A stretch of 64,000 nt of DNA from NCBI GenBank assembly GCA_036004545.1, contig DASYRI010000111.1:16033-80032 (forward strand), in the 5' to 3' direction. Below are positions 17,829 to 27,105 of this stretch, piece after piece; within the stretch, counting starts at the first letter, position 1; every line of letters starts with the position of its first letter. The notes under the pieces were generated by a model. That model ran no database searches and had not been told where the DNA came from. It saw nothing but the letters and a program-made list of their open reading frames with translations. The translations under genes were made by a program, and so were the position numbers. The DNA is from Gemmatimonadales bacterium. Its GTDB lineage: Bacteria > Gemmatimonadota > Gemmatimonadetes > Gemmatimonadales > GWC2-71-9.

Positions 17829-19814
17829 TCACGAGCCGGCCGTGATCCCCTCCGGCACGGGTACCGCCTCCAGCGCCTGGCGAAAGGCGGCGGCGGTGGG
17901 CCAGCGTCGCGCCCGATCCTTGGCGAGGGCCCGGATCACCGCTTGGGCCAGCGACTCGGGAATGTCGGGATTGAGGCTCCGCGGATCCGGGGGCTCCTGC
18001 TCCAGCTGTTTGCCGATCAGGGCCATGACGCTCGGCGCGGTGAAGACCCGCTTCCCGGTCAGGCACTCGAACAACACCGCGCCGGCGGCGTAGACGTCGG
18101 CCCGCCCGTCCACCTCCTCTCCCAGCAGCTGCTCCGGCGCCATGTACTCGGGCGTCCCCACCACCATGCCGGCGATGGTCAGCGGCGGCTGCCCCCGGGA
18201 CCGCTCCTCGGCCAGCCGGGCGATTCCGAAGTCCATCACCTTGAGGAAGCCGGCGGGATCCACCACCAGGTTCTGCGGCTTGATGTCGCGCTGGATGACG
18301 CCGGCCTCGTGCGCCACCTCGAGCGCCCGGCAGAGCTGCTTCCCGATGGCGAGGGTGACGTCCACCGGCAACCGCCCGCGCCGCTGGATCAGCTGATCGA
18401 GGCTGGTCCCCTCGACGTGTTCCATGGTGATGAAGTAGTTGCCGCTCTCCTCGCCCAGGTCGTGGATCCGAACCACGTTGCGGTGGGTGATCCGGCGCGC
18501 CAGGCGGATCTCCTGCTTGAACCGCTCCAGCATGTGGGGATCGGCGCGGGCGAAGCCGGGGTGCAGCGTCTTCACCGCCACCACCTCGCCCAGCTCGCGA
18601 TCGCGGGCGCGGTAGACCACGCCCATCCCGCCGGAGCCCAGCACTTCCTTGAGCTCGTACCGGCCCGCCAGCACCGTTCCGGGAGCGAGGGGTGCCATAC
18701 CCGCGGGGACGCCTGCGGCGATCGGCGAATCCGGAGCCGCCTCGGCCCCCCGAGAAAGCGCGCGGCCGGCGCTCAGGAAGTCCACCAGCCGTTGCTTTTC
18801 CCGGAGCTCCTCCTGCATCCGGCGGAAGGCGCGGCCCAGCTCCCCGATCTCATCGGGAGAATCCACCTCGATCGCGGCGCTGTAGTCGCCCTCGATCACC
18901 CGGCGGGTCGCCGCCGCCAGCTGGACCACCGGCCGGGTAATCCGGCGGACGATCACTGCGGTGGAGAGCAGCGCCAGCAACAGGTCGCCACCCAGGGCCA
19001 CGGTGATCGCCCGCTGCAGCCGGACGTAGGGGGCCAGCTCCCGGGACTGCGATTGGAGCCCCACGAATCCGGCGACGGGGTAACCGCCCGCGGTCCTGAG
19101 CGCGCCGACCGATCCCACCCAGCGCTCGCCTCCCGCCGCGAGCCGGATCTGCGTCACCGTCGTATCCTCGCCCAGGGCCCTGACCACGGCATCGTCCACC
19201 GGCATGGTCCGCACCAGCGGGATGGGCCGGTCCAGGGAGTCGCGGGCGAAGAACACGATTTCGTTGCCGGTGTTCCGCTTCAGGGTATCGGCCAGCTCCG
19301 TATTCACGGGCAGCGTGGCGATAAGCACGCCGATGGGGGGCGAGCGGTCGCCGATGCGGAGCGGCACCGACACCGCCTGATAGAGCCTCGGCCCATCCTG
19401 CTCGGGCTCCAGCCAGACGCCCTCGCCCGTGCCGCCGCCCAGGGGGAGACCGACCAGCGCACCGCTCAGCTCGTTGCCGAACTTGTCCGGGCGCTCGGAC
19501 CAGGCCTGGAGCACCCCATGGGCATCGGTGAGGATGACCCACTCAGAGAGCAGCTGCCGGCGGAACTCGTCTGCCTGGTCCATGAGGGCGGCACGGTCGT
19601 GGCCTGCCTGCGCGCGCTCGATCCGCGCCACGCTGGCGGGAATCCGGGCCAGCGCCTCGGCGACGCGGCGCAGTGACCCGCTCCGATCCTCCAACTCGTG
19701 GCGGATGTCCGCCTCCGCGGCGCGGAGGTCGTCCTCCATGGAGAGCTGGGCGGCACGCGATGCGATGCCGCGGACCACCAGCATGGAGCCCCCCAGGGCG
19801 GCCGCGATCACCAC
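17829..19814 (-). CDS. membrane sensor - HAMP - Ser/Thr protein kinase
   Basis: TM, a ~250-aa extracytoplasmic segment, TM, HAMP (RRITRPVVQL...DEIGELGRAFRRM), then a Hanks kinase (GSGGMGVVY, VAVK, QRDIKPQN, DFG, APE). GTG start; a start further upstream is possible. Confidence 0.85.
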   Translation of the reverse strand: MVIAAALGGSMLVVRGIASRAAQLSMEDDLRAAEADIRHELEDRSGSLRRVAEALARIPASVARIERAQAGHDRAALMDQADEFRRQLLSEWVILTDAHGVLQAWSERPDKFGNELSGALVGLPLGGGTGEGVWLEPEQDGPRLYQAVSVPLRIGDRSPPIGVLIATLPVNTELADTLKRNTGNEIVFFARDSLDRPIPLVRTMPVDDAVVRALGEDTTVTQIRLAAGGERWVGSVGALRTAGGYPVAGFVGLQSQSRELAPYVRLQRAITVALGGDLLLALLSTAVIVRRITRPVVQLAAATRRVIEGDYSAAIEVDSPDEIGELGRAFRRMQEELREKQRLVDFLSAGRALSRGAEAAPDSPIAAGVPAGMAPLAPGTVLAGRYELKEVLGSGGMGVVYRARDRELGEVVAVKTLHPGFARADPHMLERFKQEIRLARRITHRNVVRIHDLGEESGNYFITMEHVEGTSLDQLIQRRGRLPVDVTLAIGKQLCRALEVAHEAGVIQRDIKPQNLVVDPAGFLKVMDFGIARLAEERSRGQPPLTIAGMVVGTPEYMAPEQLLGEEVDGRADVYAAGAVLFECLTGKRVFTAPSVMALIGKQLEQEPPDPRSLNPDIPESLAQAVIRALAKDRARRWPTAAAFRQALEAVPVPEGITAGS

Positions 19815-19860
19815 CGCCGTGAGGAGGTAAATGCGGACGAACAGCCGGGAGACGCGCGGG

Positions 19861-20541
19861 TTAATAGCGCCGTCCCTCGTCGTCGTAGGGCTTGCCGAAC
19901 TTGTTGAGGTGAGGCTTGGACTTGAATCCGCGGGCGTCGAGCGTCAGCTCCAGGCCCTGGAGCCCCGCGGGGCCGACTTCGATCTTCCGGCTCGCCTCGC
20001 CGCCGCGCTCGTGCCAGACCTGCAGGGTGTACTCGCCCGGGGGCACGTCCACGATGGCGAAGCTCCCGTCCGCCCCTGGCTGGGTGTAGAAGGGGTTGTC
20101 GCGCACCACGACGAACGCGTTCATGTTCGCGTGCACGTTGCAGTAGACCCGGATGATACCCGGCCTGGAGAACCGCGCGGTCCGGGTCTCGCCCCGGTCG
20201 TAGAGGCCGAGATCGAAGGGTCCCGCTTCCGAAAGGGAGAAGACGTTATGGTTGAAGGGATCGTGGTTGGGGAACGAGACCGCACTGCCCGCCGGCACCA
20301 CCAGCACGTGAGGCAGGAACTGCTTGTTCTCGGTGGAGATCTCCACCCGGCCGGCGGGGGACCCAGCCCGGCTCGCCTCCAGCCAGACGACCGCCTGGCC
20401 CACGTCGGCGGTCCGTTTGCCGCCCTTCTCCAGGAGGGCGAGCCTGCCCGCGACGGTTGTGCCGGGCTGCGCGCGCGCCTCCCCGGCTCCCGCCGCGAGC
20501 AGCGCGACGCAGGAGGCGATCCACCCGCCATGTGAGGACAT
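19861..20541 (-). CDS. secreted cupredoxin-like (type-1 copper) protein with a C-terminal Ig-like domain
   Basis: Signal peptide, then FPNHD...YCNVHANM (a His/Cys/His/Met ligand pattern). Start at ATG 20541. Confidence 0.7.
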   Translation of the reverse strand: MSSHGGWIASCVALLAAGAGEARAQPGTTVAGRLALLEKGGKRTADVGQAVVWLEASRAGSPAGRVEISTENKQFLPHVLVVPAGSAVSFPNHDPFNHNVFSLSEAGPFDLGLYDRGETRTARFSRPGIIRVYCNVHANMNAFVVVRDNPFYTQPGADGSFAIVDVPPGEYTLQVWHERGGEASRKIEVGPAGLQGLELTLDARGFKSKPHLNKFGKPYDDEGRRY

Positions 20542-20617
20542 GGCTCCTACACTAGCCCTCGCACCCGGGTGCGTCAACGGACTTTCCGTGGTCCCGCCGG
20601 CGGGACTCCCGGCCCCC

Positions 20618-21832
20618 TCACGGGAGGCGGCCGTACTTCCGCATCGCCAGGAGGAGACGGTCCACCGGCAAGGCATAGATGCGCAGGTCGTTCGCGCCCG
20701 TCGTCGTCTCCGCGGCCAGCAGCGCGTTCGTAATCGCGGCCTCGGTCGCCTGGGCGGTGGCCTGAAACAGCGGCGAGATGCGGTCGTTCGGAAGCATCTT
20801 CACGTCGGTCACCGGGTGGTCATTGAACCAGGCGCGGTCGTTGGCAGTGGAAAACGCGATGAAGATGTCGCCCGAGCTGTTGCCGCCGAACCCGCCCTGC
20901 CGGCCGATCCCGAGCGACACCCGCGTGGCGATGCGTTTGAGCTGATGGGGCAGGAGCGGGGCGTCGGTCGCCACCACGACGATGATGGATCCCTGCTCCG
21001 GCGCTTCGGAAGCGCCGCCGCTCCCGACCGCGTCGCAGCGCCGGCGTGGCGAGTCGGGCGGCGGGGGATCGCCGTTGGCGATGCAGCCCACGAGATCGGG
21101 AATCTCCTCGCCGACGGGCACGCCCGCGATCCTGAGCTCGCGGCGCGACCCGTAGTTGCACTGCACCAGCACGCCGACCGTATAGCCACCCTGTTCCGCG
21201 GAAAGCCGGCGCGAGGCCGTGCCGATGCCGCCCTTGAAGCCGTGGCACACCATTCCCGTACCGCCACCGACCGCTCCTTCCTGCGGCACGCCGCCCGAGG
21301 CCCCATCGAGGGCGGCCAGCACATGGTCGGGCTTCACGTGGAATCCATTGATGTCGTTCAAGCTGCCGTCGTAGGTCTCGGCGACCACCGGCAGCCACCA
21401 CGGTTGCAGGGCGTTCTTCCGGGACAGCTCCCACTGGATGATGGCGTCGCGGACCACGCCGACGCTGTGGGTGTTGGTGATCGCCACCGGCCCTTCGAGC
21501 AGTCCGCTCTCCTGGACCCAGGTGGTCCCGGTCATCTCGCCATTTCCATTGAGCGTGAACCAGGCGGCGAAAACCGGATCGGAGTTGCCCTTTCCGCGCG
21601 GATGAATCACGGTGACGCCGGTCCGGACCGGTCCCTTGCCGACCACCAGCTTTCCGCTGCCCGAAATCAGCGTGGTATGGCCCACCTCGACGCCGGCGAC
21701 GTCGGTGATGGCATCGAGCGCCCCCGGCATTCCGCCGATCGGCAGCTTGAGGTCGCGCTCTCGCGGCTTCTGTGCCTGTCCCGCGAGCGGAAGCCCGAAG
21801 AGAATGACGAGGGCAATGTTCGATGATCGCAT
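20618..21832 (-). CDS. S58 family peptidase (DmpA/BapA-like aminopeptidase), secreted
   Basis: Signal peptide and the self-processing site G|SIIVVVATDAPL, with family-typical flanks. Confidence 0.85.
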   Translation of the reverse strand: MRSSNIALVILFGLPLAGQAQKPRERDLKLPIGGMPGALDAITDVAGVEVGHTTLISGSGKLVVGKGPVRTGVTVIHPRGKGNSDPVFAAWFTLNGNGEMTGTTWVQESGLLEGPVAITNTHSVGVVRDAIIQWELSRKNALQPWWLPVVAETYDGSLNDINGFHVKPDHVLAALDGASGGVPQEGAVGGGTGMVCHGFKGGIGTASRRLSAEQGGYTVGVLVQCNYGSRRELRIAGVPVGEEIPDLVGCIANGDPPPPDSPRRRCDAVGSGGASEAPEQGSIIVVVATDAPLLPHQLKRIATRVSLGIGRQGGFGGNSSGDIFIAFSTANDRAWFNDHPVTDVKMLPNDRISPLFQATAQATEAAITNALLAAETTTGANDLRIYALPVDRLLLAMRKYGRLP

Positions 21833-22029
21833 CGTGAACCTCGAATCAACGTGATTGGCGGCCCGTCCACGCCGCGCGTTTGTGCGATCGCGAGGGCCAT
21901 GGGAGTATATCGCGTCCGATTCCGGATGCCACCGTGGGCGGGCCGGCGCTTGGAGCCCGGCCAGGGATTGTGTCAGTCAGCGGGCCTCGGGCATCTCCGC
22001 TATGCCCTCCCTTCAGATCGAGGCTTACC

Positions 22030-22485
22030 ATGTCGGACCACCGCCGCCGCCTCGCAGCAGTCCTCGCCGCATTCACCCTGCTCGGCTGCACCGGTGACGC
22101 CGCTTCCGGTCCGGTGCCGGGATACCCATTCGCCTACGCAAGCAACGACTGCGGCCCGGCCGACGGGCCGGCGGTCACCCTCTACCTGAGCGAACGCGCG
22201 CTGGACTCGCTCCCTCCGGGCGGCGGGCACCTCGCCCTCATGCTCTGGGTGGGCCGGGACCAGGCTCTCGGCCGGACGTTCCGCTCCTCGGATGCGCCGG
22301 TGCGAGGCGCCGCACTCGACTGCCGCACTCCCTCCGCGTGCGATCCCGCGAGCGTGTGGCGGGTGAGCCTGCGGGGATTCGCGCGCGACACCGTGGACGG
22401 CAGCGTGGACCTGCGGCTCGGCGGGCGCGTGGTGGCGGGGAGTTTTCGGGCACGGTGGACGCCGAAGCGTCAATACTGCGGGTGA
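22030..22485 (+). CDS. hypothetical lipoprotein
   Basis: Lipobox FTLLGC with in-frame ATG at 22030. No recognisable domain. Confidence 0.55.
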   Translation: MSDHRRRLAAVLAAFTLLGCTGDAASGPVPGYPFAYASNDCGPADGPAVTLYLSERALDSLPPGGGHLALMLWVGRDQALGRTFRSSDAPVRGAALDCRTPSACDPASVWRVSLRGFARDTVDGSVDLRLGGRVVAGSFRARWTPKRQYCG

Positions 22486-22500
22486 GGCCCCCCCGGAGCG

Positions 22501-24843
22501 TCAGAGCCGGAACAGATAGCTCAGCTTGACGAAGAAGCTGTCCCTGGTCCGGTGGAGGTCGCGAAAGCTGAACGCAGAGGCGTCGGTGAGGTCGCCGCCG
22601 TAGCCGGCGAAGATCACCGTCCCGGGGACGGGCTGAAACCCGAGGAGCAGGTCGGCGTGGAGGAGGTTGCTCTCCGTCGCCGCCGCACGCTGGAGGCCGT
22701 CCGGCCCCGGGATCAGGATCGGCGCGTTGGTGCGGGAATCGTCGCGAAGCGAGTCGGTCTTTTCCTGGAAGTACTGGCCCACCAGCCTCACGAAGAGGGG
22801 TCGAGTGATCTGGTATTCCAGCTTGAGCCGCGGGATCCGGCCCACATTCACGAGAGAGCCGTCGGTCCGGCGGTTGACCTGCTGCCAGGCGTAGGTGAAT
22901 TCCGCGCGGAGCCGGTCGGTGGGGCGATAGACCAGCCCCAGGTTCATGAGCACGAGGTTTGCCGAGGCCCACTCGAAGAAGTTCTCGTCCCCCCGCCCCA
23001 GCGCGACGAACCAGCTCCCGCTGAAGTGGCGCCACTGCGGGGTGCTCACCTGGAAGATGTAATCGACGTTGGGAATCGTCGGCTGCCCGACGAACGGGAT
23101 GGTGTCGAGTCCCCCCGCCGGGCGGGGAATCTCGAGCCGGTAGCCGGCGTAGAGAGCGGAGTCGTATCCGAACGACTCGAAGAACAGCCCCGCTCCGACA
23201 TTCCACCCTCCTCGCAGGGCCGCGTTCCCGTTGAAGTGAAGCTTCCGGTCCTGCACCCCGCGGCCGTGGATGAAGCTCTGGTACTGCCAGGTTCCGTCCA
23301 CCACGATGTCGCCGGTGAAGCGCTCCAGGAGCCCGCCGCGGCGGCCGTAAGTCGTGAAGCTCGGATCCAGGCTGGCGTGCACGATGCCGGGCCGGCCGAT
23401 GAAGCCGCTCCCGGCCCGGAAGTCGTCCGCGATGCCGGAAAAGAGGGCGCTCAGGCCAAGGACGCGGCCGCGGACGCTCAGCTGACCGCGCCAGAGCGGC
23501 GCCGTCGTCGTCAGGCCGCCGGCGCGGGTGCGGCTCGCCGCGAGCTGGAAGTCCACGCTGGAGATCCCGCCGAAGACGAGCCGCCCGTCCAGGTCCGCCA
23601 CGCGGTTGTAATCGTGGCCGTCGGCCCGGTCGGTCCAGGCCAGTCCGATCCGCGAGCGGCCGCCGAGATTCCGCTGGGCGCGGAGCAGGTTGAGGACCGG
23701 ATGATCTTCACCCGAGGCCGAGGCAAGCTTCCGGTCCACGGCCGAGAGAAGGCCGAGGTCCGCGCCGAAGGCGTTGCCGGTGAGCTTGACGGCCGCGATG
23801 GGTTGCACGATGCGGCGGGTGTAGATGAGGTTGTTGGGGACCTGGAACAGCTCGCTCCCTTCCTGAAAGAAGGGCCGCTTCTCCGGAAAGAAGAGCGCCT
23901 GGCGGGGGTCGAAGGCCAGCTGTCCGGCGTCCGACTCCACCTGCGAGAAGTCGGGCCTCACCGTGCCGTTGAGCGTGAGGTTGTCGCTCACCCCCCAGCG
24001 CAGATTGCCCCCCACCTGGGGCTCGCCGACGTCATAGGCGTATCCGGCCGGGCCGGGCGCGCCGACCGCCTTGCCGGTCGCTTCCGGGTTGAGGTCCATG
24101 ACGAGGCCGCGGTGGAGGCCGGTGAGCCCGACCAGCGCCCCGGACTGGCCCACGAAGGAGGGGCTCGCGCGGCGGGCCGGCGCCCAGGAGTCCTCGAAAC
24201 CGGAATGCTTCACCTGGCGGACGATGTTGAGACTCCAGGTCTGCACCTTGGACCGCTGGTAGCGGAGGCTCCGGAACGGGATCCGCACCTCCACCTCGTA
24301 GCCCCACTCGGTGATGCGCCCCCGCGACTGGTAGACGTAGTCCGGGCTCAGGTCGGGCTGCTCGCGGCCGACGACGGCCCCGCCGATGAAGCCACCGGCG
24401 CTGGTGTTCCGGCCCTCGACGATCGAGCCGTCGCCCTGCACGCCCAGCGGATTCACCGCGAACATGAGCGCCTGGTGGCCGTCGTCGAAGGTGCCCAGGA
24501 GCAGCTGCACGTTGTCGTCGTTGAAGATCCGGTCGCGGTCGGCGAGGGTCGCCGTGGGAGCGCCGTGGCGCTCGAACGCGCGGATACCGAAGTACATCGC
24601 GGTGGACGAATACCAGACCAGGACCTCGGTGCTGTCCGAGGCCGGGACTCCATCGCTCGGCGAGTACTGGGAGAAGCCGGTGAGGAGCGCGGCCCGGGCC
24701 CACACCGGCTCGTCGAGGCGCCCATCCACGGTGATCGTGGTGTCCACCCGCGGCGGGCGGATCTCCGGCCGGCCGTCGCGGGCCGGGTGGAGGGGCCCCG
24801 CCGCGAGACCGGTGCCGGCCAGGAGGAGAGGAACCAGCGTCAT
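22501..24843 (-). CDS. CBM9-like / DUF5916-type outer-membrane beta-barrel protein
   Basis: N-terminal ITVDGRLDEPVW...FSQYSPSDG, typical of this family. The long C-terminal part has alternating residues and ends in an aromatic residue (YLFRL). Confidence 0.7.
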   Translation of the reverse strand: MTLVPLLLAGTGLAAGPLHPARDGRPEIRPPRVDTTITVDGRLDEPVWARAALLTGFSQYSPSDGVPASDSTEVLVWYSSTAMYFGIRAFERHGAPTATLADRDRIFNDDNVQLLLGTFDDGHQALMFAVNPLGVQGDGSIVEGRNTSAGGFIGGAVVGREQPDLSPDYVYQSRGRITEWGYEVEVRIPFRSLRYQRSKVQTWSLNIVRQVKHSGFEDSWAPARRASPSFVGQSGALVGLTGLHRGLVMDLNPEATGKAVGAPGPAGYAYDVGEPQVGGNLRWGVSDNLTLNGTVRPDFSQVESDAGQLAFDPRQALFFPEKRPFFQEGSELFQVPNNLIYTRRIVQPIAAVKLTGNAFGADLGLLSAVDRKLASASGEDHPVLNLLRAQRNLGGRSRIGLAWTDRADGHDYNRVADLDGRLVFGGISSVDFQLAASRTRAGGLTTTAPLWRGQLSVRGRVLGLSALFSGIADDFRAGSGFIGRPGIVHASLDPSFTTYGRRGGLLERFTGDIVVDGTWQYQSFIHGRGVQDRKLHFNGNAALRGGWNVGAGLFFESFGYDSALYAGYRLEIPRPAGGLDTIPFVGQPTIPNVDYIFQVSTPQWRHFSGSWFVALGRGDENFFEWASANLVLMNLGLVYRPTDRLRAEFTYAWQQVNRRTDGSLVNVGRIPRLKLEYQITRPLFVRLVGQYFQEKTDSLRDDSRTNAPILIPGPDGLQRAAATESNLLHADLLLGFQPVPGTVIFAGYGGDLTDASAFSFRDLHRTRDSFFVKLSYLFRL

Positions 24844-24885
24844 CGCACTCCGGGGTCGAACGTTGGAGCGGCGCCGGGCGATCGG

Positions 24886-26037
24886 TCAGCGTCCGTATTT
24901 CCGCAGGAGCTTCTTCACCTCTTCCAGCGGGATCGCCTCGACCCGATTCCCGTTTCCGGCGACCGTCGTGGCGGTGAGGAGCGCGTCGTAGATGGCCTCC
25001 TCGGTAGCCTCGACCACCGCCTGGAAGAGCGGATTCATCTCCTCGTTGCCGAGCTCGGTGGTGGTGAGCCGGCGCGCGTCGCGGGAGCGGCGCACCGCCG
25101 GGCTGGTGGAGAACGCGATCACGTAGTCGCCCGACCCGTTCTGCGCCGCGGAGCCGGTGCGGCCCAGGCCCATCAGGGCGCGGGCGGCGAGCCGCCGCAG
25201 GTTCCGGTCGGAGATCGGGGCGTCGGTGGCGACGACGATGATGATGGAGCCGTCGCCGCCGCCCGCCCTCCCGTCCCCATTCTCCCTTGGCGCGCCACCG
25301 CGGGTTATGCCGGTCCGGCCCAGCTCCCGGCCCACCGGGATGCCGAGGATGGTGAGGTCGCCGCCATGGTTGGCCTGAACCAGCACGCCCACCGTCCACT
25401 CCGTCGTCCCGGCGCGCCGTGACGACGTGCCGATGCCGCCCTTCCACGAATAGGCGATGGTGCCGGTGCCCGCTCCGACGCTTCCCTCCGCCACGGCGCC
25501 GGTGTCGGCGGCGGCGAGCGCGGCGCGCACGTGCTCCGCCGTAATCGGCCGGGAGCGGATGGCGTTGAGGGTGCCGTCGTTGGTTTCGGCGACCAGCGGA
25601 TTGATCGAGCGCACGCTCTCAAGGCCCGGCTGCTCCAGCATCCAGGCCACCAGCGCGTCGGCCGCGTTCCAGACGCAGAGGGTGCAGGTGAGCAGGATGG
25701 GCGACTCGAGCTCGCCCAGCTCGTTCACCTGGGTGGAGCCGAGCAGCTTGCCGAAGCCGTTGCCGACCTGGACCGCGGCGGGTACCCGGTCGAGGAACAG
25801 ATTGCCGCCGTGGGGCAGGATCGCGGTGACGCCGGTGCGCACCGAATCGCCGAGGCGCACCGTGACCTGGCCCACGCGGACGCCGGGGACGTCGGTGATG
25901 GCATTGCGGGGGCCGGGCTGATAGACGCCGGGGGCAATGCCCAGGTCGCGGGCGCGGGGCCGGGGCGGCTCCTGCGCGGCGAGGGTCGCGGCGGCGGCGA
26001 GGGCAAACAGGAGCGGGCTCGGGAACCGCGTGATCAT
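24886..26037 (-). CDS. S58 family peptidase (DmpA/BapA-like), second paralog, secreted
   Basis: Signal peptide and the G|SIIIVVATDAPI site. Start at ATG 26037. Confidence 0.85.
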   Translation of the reverse strand: MITRFPSPLLFALAAAATLAAQEPPRPRARDLGIAPGVYQPGPRNAITDVPGVRVGQVTVRLGDSVRTGVTAILPHGGNLFLDRVPAAVQVGNGFGKLLGSTQVNELGELESPILLTCTLCVWNAADALVAWMLEQPGLESVRSINPLVAETNDGTLNAIRSRPITAEHVRAALAAADTGAVAEGSVGAGTGTIAYSWKGGIGTSSRRAGTTEWTVGVLVQANHGGDLTILGIPVGRELGRTGITRGGAPRENGDGRAGGGDGSIIIVVATDAPISDRNLRRLAARALMGLGRTGSAAQNGSGDYVIAFSTSPAVRRSRDARRLTTTELGNEEMNPLFQAVVEATEEAIYDALLTATTVAGNGNRVEAIPLEEVKKLLRKYGR

Positions 26038-26089
26038 CGAAGCCTTGCCGCGGTCCAGGGCACGGACGGAGGTCGTCTTCGCGGCGGTT

Positions 26090-26194
26090 CTATGGCCGGG
26101 GGGGTTTCCGGGGATGTCGCTCCCGGTACAAGGCGAAGAGGCCTGCGATGACCCCGAGGGTGAGGAGCATCGCATAGTAGGTCAGCAGGTCCAT
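26090..26194 (-). CDS. possible 34-aa single-TM micro-protein (MDLLTYYAMLLTLGVIAGLFALYRERHPRKPPRP)
   Basis: Hand-translated and below the ORF-track length cutoff. ATG at 26194, TAG at 26092-26090, a hydrophobic core with a basic tail, 7 nt after the preceding small ORF. Confidence 0.3.
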   Translation of the reverse strand: MDLLTYYAMLLTLGVIAGLFALYRERHPRKPPRP

Positions 26195-26200
26195 GTCCGC

Positions 26201-26415
26201 TCAATTCCCCAACTTGCGCCTGCGTTCGATGACGATCCCCAGGCCTACGAACCCGAAGACCAGGGCGGCGATCGTAATGGCGAAGCCCGGGGGACCGGCT
26301 CACCTTTCACGATGACTCGCTCCAGCGGTCCGAAGAGGGCAAGAAGCACCCCCAACTCGCGCAAGGCTTCGCCCACCATCTCCGCCGTCGTCTTGCGACC
26401 CATAATAGTACGCAT
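26201..26415 (-). CDS. possible small 2-TM protein interrupted by a 1-nt frameshift
   Basis: MRTIMGRKTTAEMVGEALRELGVLLALFGPLERVIVKGEPVP runs into a C5 run (plus-strand G5 at 26290-26294). With one more C the frame continues as PGFAITIAALVFGFVGLGIVIERRRKLGN and stops at 26203-26201. Confidence 0.3.
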
Positions 26416-26499
26416 CCTGAAGCCAAGGTGCAGGCGAGCAATAACCATTTCGACGCGATAGGCGGCCCAGAGAACGCGGTCAGCTCGGCTGGCATGCAT

Positions 26500-26946
26500 T
26501 CACGCCCCCAGAGCCAGCTCATAGTGCAGGAACTCCTCGTCCCGCCGCCAGCCGAGCGACTCGTAGAGCCGCTGCGCGGTCGCATTGGTGCGCTCGGTGG
26601 CGAGCGACATCCCGCCGGCGCCGGTCTCTATGGCGTGCGCCCGGGCCCGCTCCATGAGCAGTCGGCCGACGCCGGTCCCCCGCTGCCCGGGCATCACGTA
26701 CAGGTCGTTGAGGATCCAGGACCGGCAGAGCGCAACCGACCAGAAGCTGGGGTAGAGCTGGACGAAGCCCGCGGCCGCGTCTTCATCGAGCGCGAGGAAG
26801 ATCACCGACTCGCCGCCCGCGAGGCGCTCGCGCAGGAATCGCTCGGCGCGCGCGGGGTCGGACGGCTGGCGATAGAACTGCCGGTAGGCGTCGAAGAGAG
26901 GGACGAGGCGGGGCAGGTCGCTCGGCGTCGCGCGGCGCACGTCCAT
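26500..26946 (-). CDS. GNAT-family N-acetyltransferase
   Basis: Acetyl-CoA motif (QRGTGVGRLLMERA) and typical length. Confidence 0.85.
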   Translation of the reverse strand: MDVRRATPSDLPRLVPLFDAYRQFYRQPSDPARAERFLRERLAGGESVIFLALDEDAAAGFVQLYPSFWSVALCRSWILNDLYVMPGQRGTGVGRLLMERARAHAIETGAGGMSLATERTNATAQRLYESLGWRRDEEFLHYELALGA

Positions 26947-27011
26947 GAGGGGCCTCCGGGGGGTCCGGTCGGGTCGGAATGACCGCTGAGCCGTAGTATA
27001 TCGTCGCGCAA

Positions 27012-27050
27012 GGGTTGGGGGTTGGGGGTTAGGGGTCAGGGGTCAGGGGG
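27012..27050. repeat. GGGGTTG/GGGGTCA heptamer array (5 units)
   Basis: GGGTTGGGGGTTGGGGGTTAGGGGTCAGGGGTCAGGGGG, upstream of the second ECF sigma gene. Confidence 0.85.
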
Positions 27051-27105
27051 TGCCGTGTCCTATAGAAGTGCCCCGCGGGACACTCATCCGGTGCATGGAG
27101 CCCTG

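Noticed and set aside
22552-25422. Very long ORFs on the strand opposite to well-supported genes. Examples: 22552..25422 (956 aa), 47675..50155 (826 aa), 13675..16068 (797 aa), 41255..43153 (632 aa), 1370..2614, 7781..9229, 16462..18093 and 34656..36251.
   Set aside because: These are typical shadow ORFs of a very GC-rich genome. They have Arg/Pro/Gly/Ala-dominated composition and no motifs, and each fully overlaps a gene with clear family signatures in another frame.
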